In this document: one piece after another, positions 63,130 through 64,000 of the stretch
Position numbering within the stretch: position 1 is the first letter of the stretch
How the letters are laid out: every line of letters starts with the position of its first letter
NCBI GenBank assembly: GCA_963664305.2
Contig: CAXXLV010000002.1
Coordinates: 544,001 to 608,000, forward strand
Direction of reading: 5' to 3'
DNA: 64,000 bases
DNA from: an uncultured Aliarcobacter sp.
GTDB lineage: Bacteria > Campylobacterota > Campylobacteria > Campylobacterales > Arcobacteraceae
Made by a program: the position numbers and the translations under genes
Notes under the pieces: generated by a model
The model's database searches: none
What the model saw: the letters and a program-made list of their open reading frames with translations, nothing else
Told to the model about the DNA's origin: nothing

Positions 63130-63807
63130 TTAGAAAAGTTCAATTTCCATTTGAGGTTCAACTTCTTTAGTATCAATACCAAATAAGTCAACACCACCAA
63201 CATATTCTTTGATAACAGGAGCTTTTGTAATCTCTTGTTGTAAATATTTTTCATCAGATAAGATTTTACTATCAGTTTCAGATTTTTGAGTAACTTTGAT
63301 AAATGTTTCAAAATTATCTGCTAATAATATTAATCTACCATGTTCACCACGAGTGTGTTCACTTACTAATTTAAAACCTTCTGATTTACAAAAATCTTTA
63401 GCAAATTCAACATTTCTAAAACCAATAGATTGGCTAGACATGTTTATTTGCATAATATCTGCACCACCAGATATTTTTGCAACCATATTATTTTTACTAC
63501 AACCTAATTTATACATTTCATTAAGCATTGCCTCAACTGAATATAATCCATATTTCATATCATCATTAGTATTGTTTGTTTTTGGTAATAAAAAGTGATT
63601 CATACCTTTTATTTTTGTATTTTTATCATAGAACATGATTGCAACACAAGAACCAAGCAATGTTTTAAATGCTATTTGATCCAAATCACTTCCAACGGCA
63701 AATTCACCACCGATTACTGTATGAGTCAAAAATCCTTTTGTTTTTTGAGTGAATCTAACGGCAGAAGTTTTTTCAATACTTCCATCTTTATGTCCAATAA
63801 CAATCAT
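63130..63807 (-). CDS. cheD: Chemoreceptor glutamine deamidase CheD
   Basis: TLLGSCV, GMNHFLLP, AKISGGA, IGFRN. Confidence 0.93.
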   Translation of the reverse strand: MIVIGHKDGSIEKTSAVRFTQKTKGFLTHTVIGGEFAVGSDLDQIAFKTLLGSCVAIMFYDKNTKIKGMNHFLLPKTNNTNDDMKYGLYSVEAMLNEMYKLGCSKNNMVAKISGGADIMQINMSSQSIGFRNVEFAKDFCKSEGFKLVSEHTRGEHGRLILLADNFETFIKVTQKSETDSKILSDEKYLQQEITKAPVIKEYVGGVDLFGIDTKEVEPQMEIELF

Positions 63808-64000
63808 ATTATTTCCTTCTCTTTAACAAAGATATTTTGCCCAACTCTTTTTACATAATGAACTAAATCTTGAGGATTTTCTGAATGTCCTAAATATAAA
63901 GTACCACCAATTTTAAGATGTTTAAACAACTTTTTTAATATTGAGTTTTGATCTTCAGCTGAAAAATAGATTAGTACATTTCTACAAAAAATTACATCAA
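63804..64000 (-). CDS. cheR: Chemotaxis methyltransferase CheR (C-terminal part only; gene begins beyond the window)
   Basis: Hand translation DVIFCRNVLIYF...GGTLYLGHSE...; stop overlaps the cheD ATG. Confidence 0.93.
   Translation of the reverse strand, partial: DVIFCRNVLIYFSAEDQNSILKKLFKHLKIGGTLYLGHSENPQDLVHYVKRVGQNIFVKEKEII

Overview
Very AT-rich chromosomal window from a Campylobacterota bacterium, most likely Arcobacteraceae. That assignment is inferred from gene content and synteny (hobA, xerH, mqnC, GluRS2-type gltX, nadE-lpxK, hemB-ribA-rsmG, fbp-metG). It is mostly housekeeping DNA: queA, tatBC, nadE, lpxK, hemN, argF, hemB, ribA, glyS, ribB, pckA, oadGAB, metG, fbp, slt, gltX, mqnC, bamA, tyrA, folP, holB, hobA, lysC, rppH, hemW, prmC and cheRDB, plus a four-tRNA operon (Gln, fMet, Met, Thr). 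The most notable items are: (1) a class III anaerobic ribonucleotide reductase whose glycyl-radical segment (RVMGY) is encoded by a separate 54-aa gene missed by the ORF track; (2) a difH-like site directly upstream of xerH and overlapping its likely promoter, which suggests the replication terminus; (3) an orphan CI/LexA-like S24 repressor with a palindrome inside its own promoter and a divergent micro-ORF; (4) an accessory binding protein / hybrid kinase / PAS-HD-GYP signalling module beside the tRNA cluster; (5) a small four-CxxCH cytochrome. I saw no CRISPR array, IS element, rRNA or prophage. All calls come from motif recognition by eye; no searches were run.
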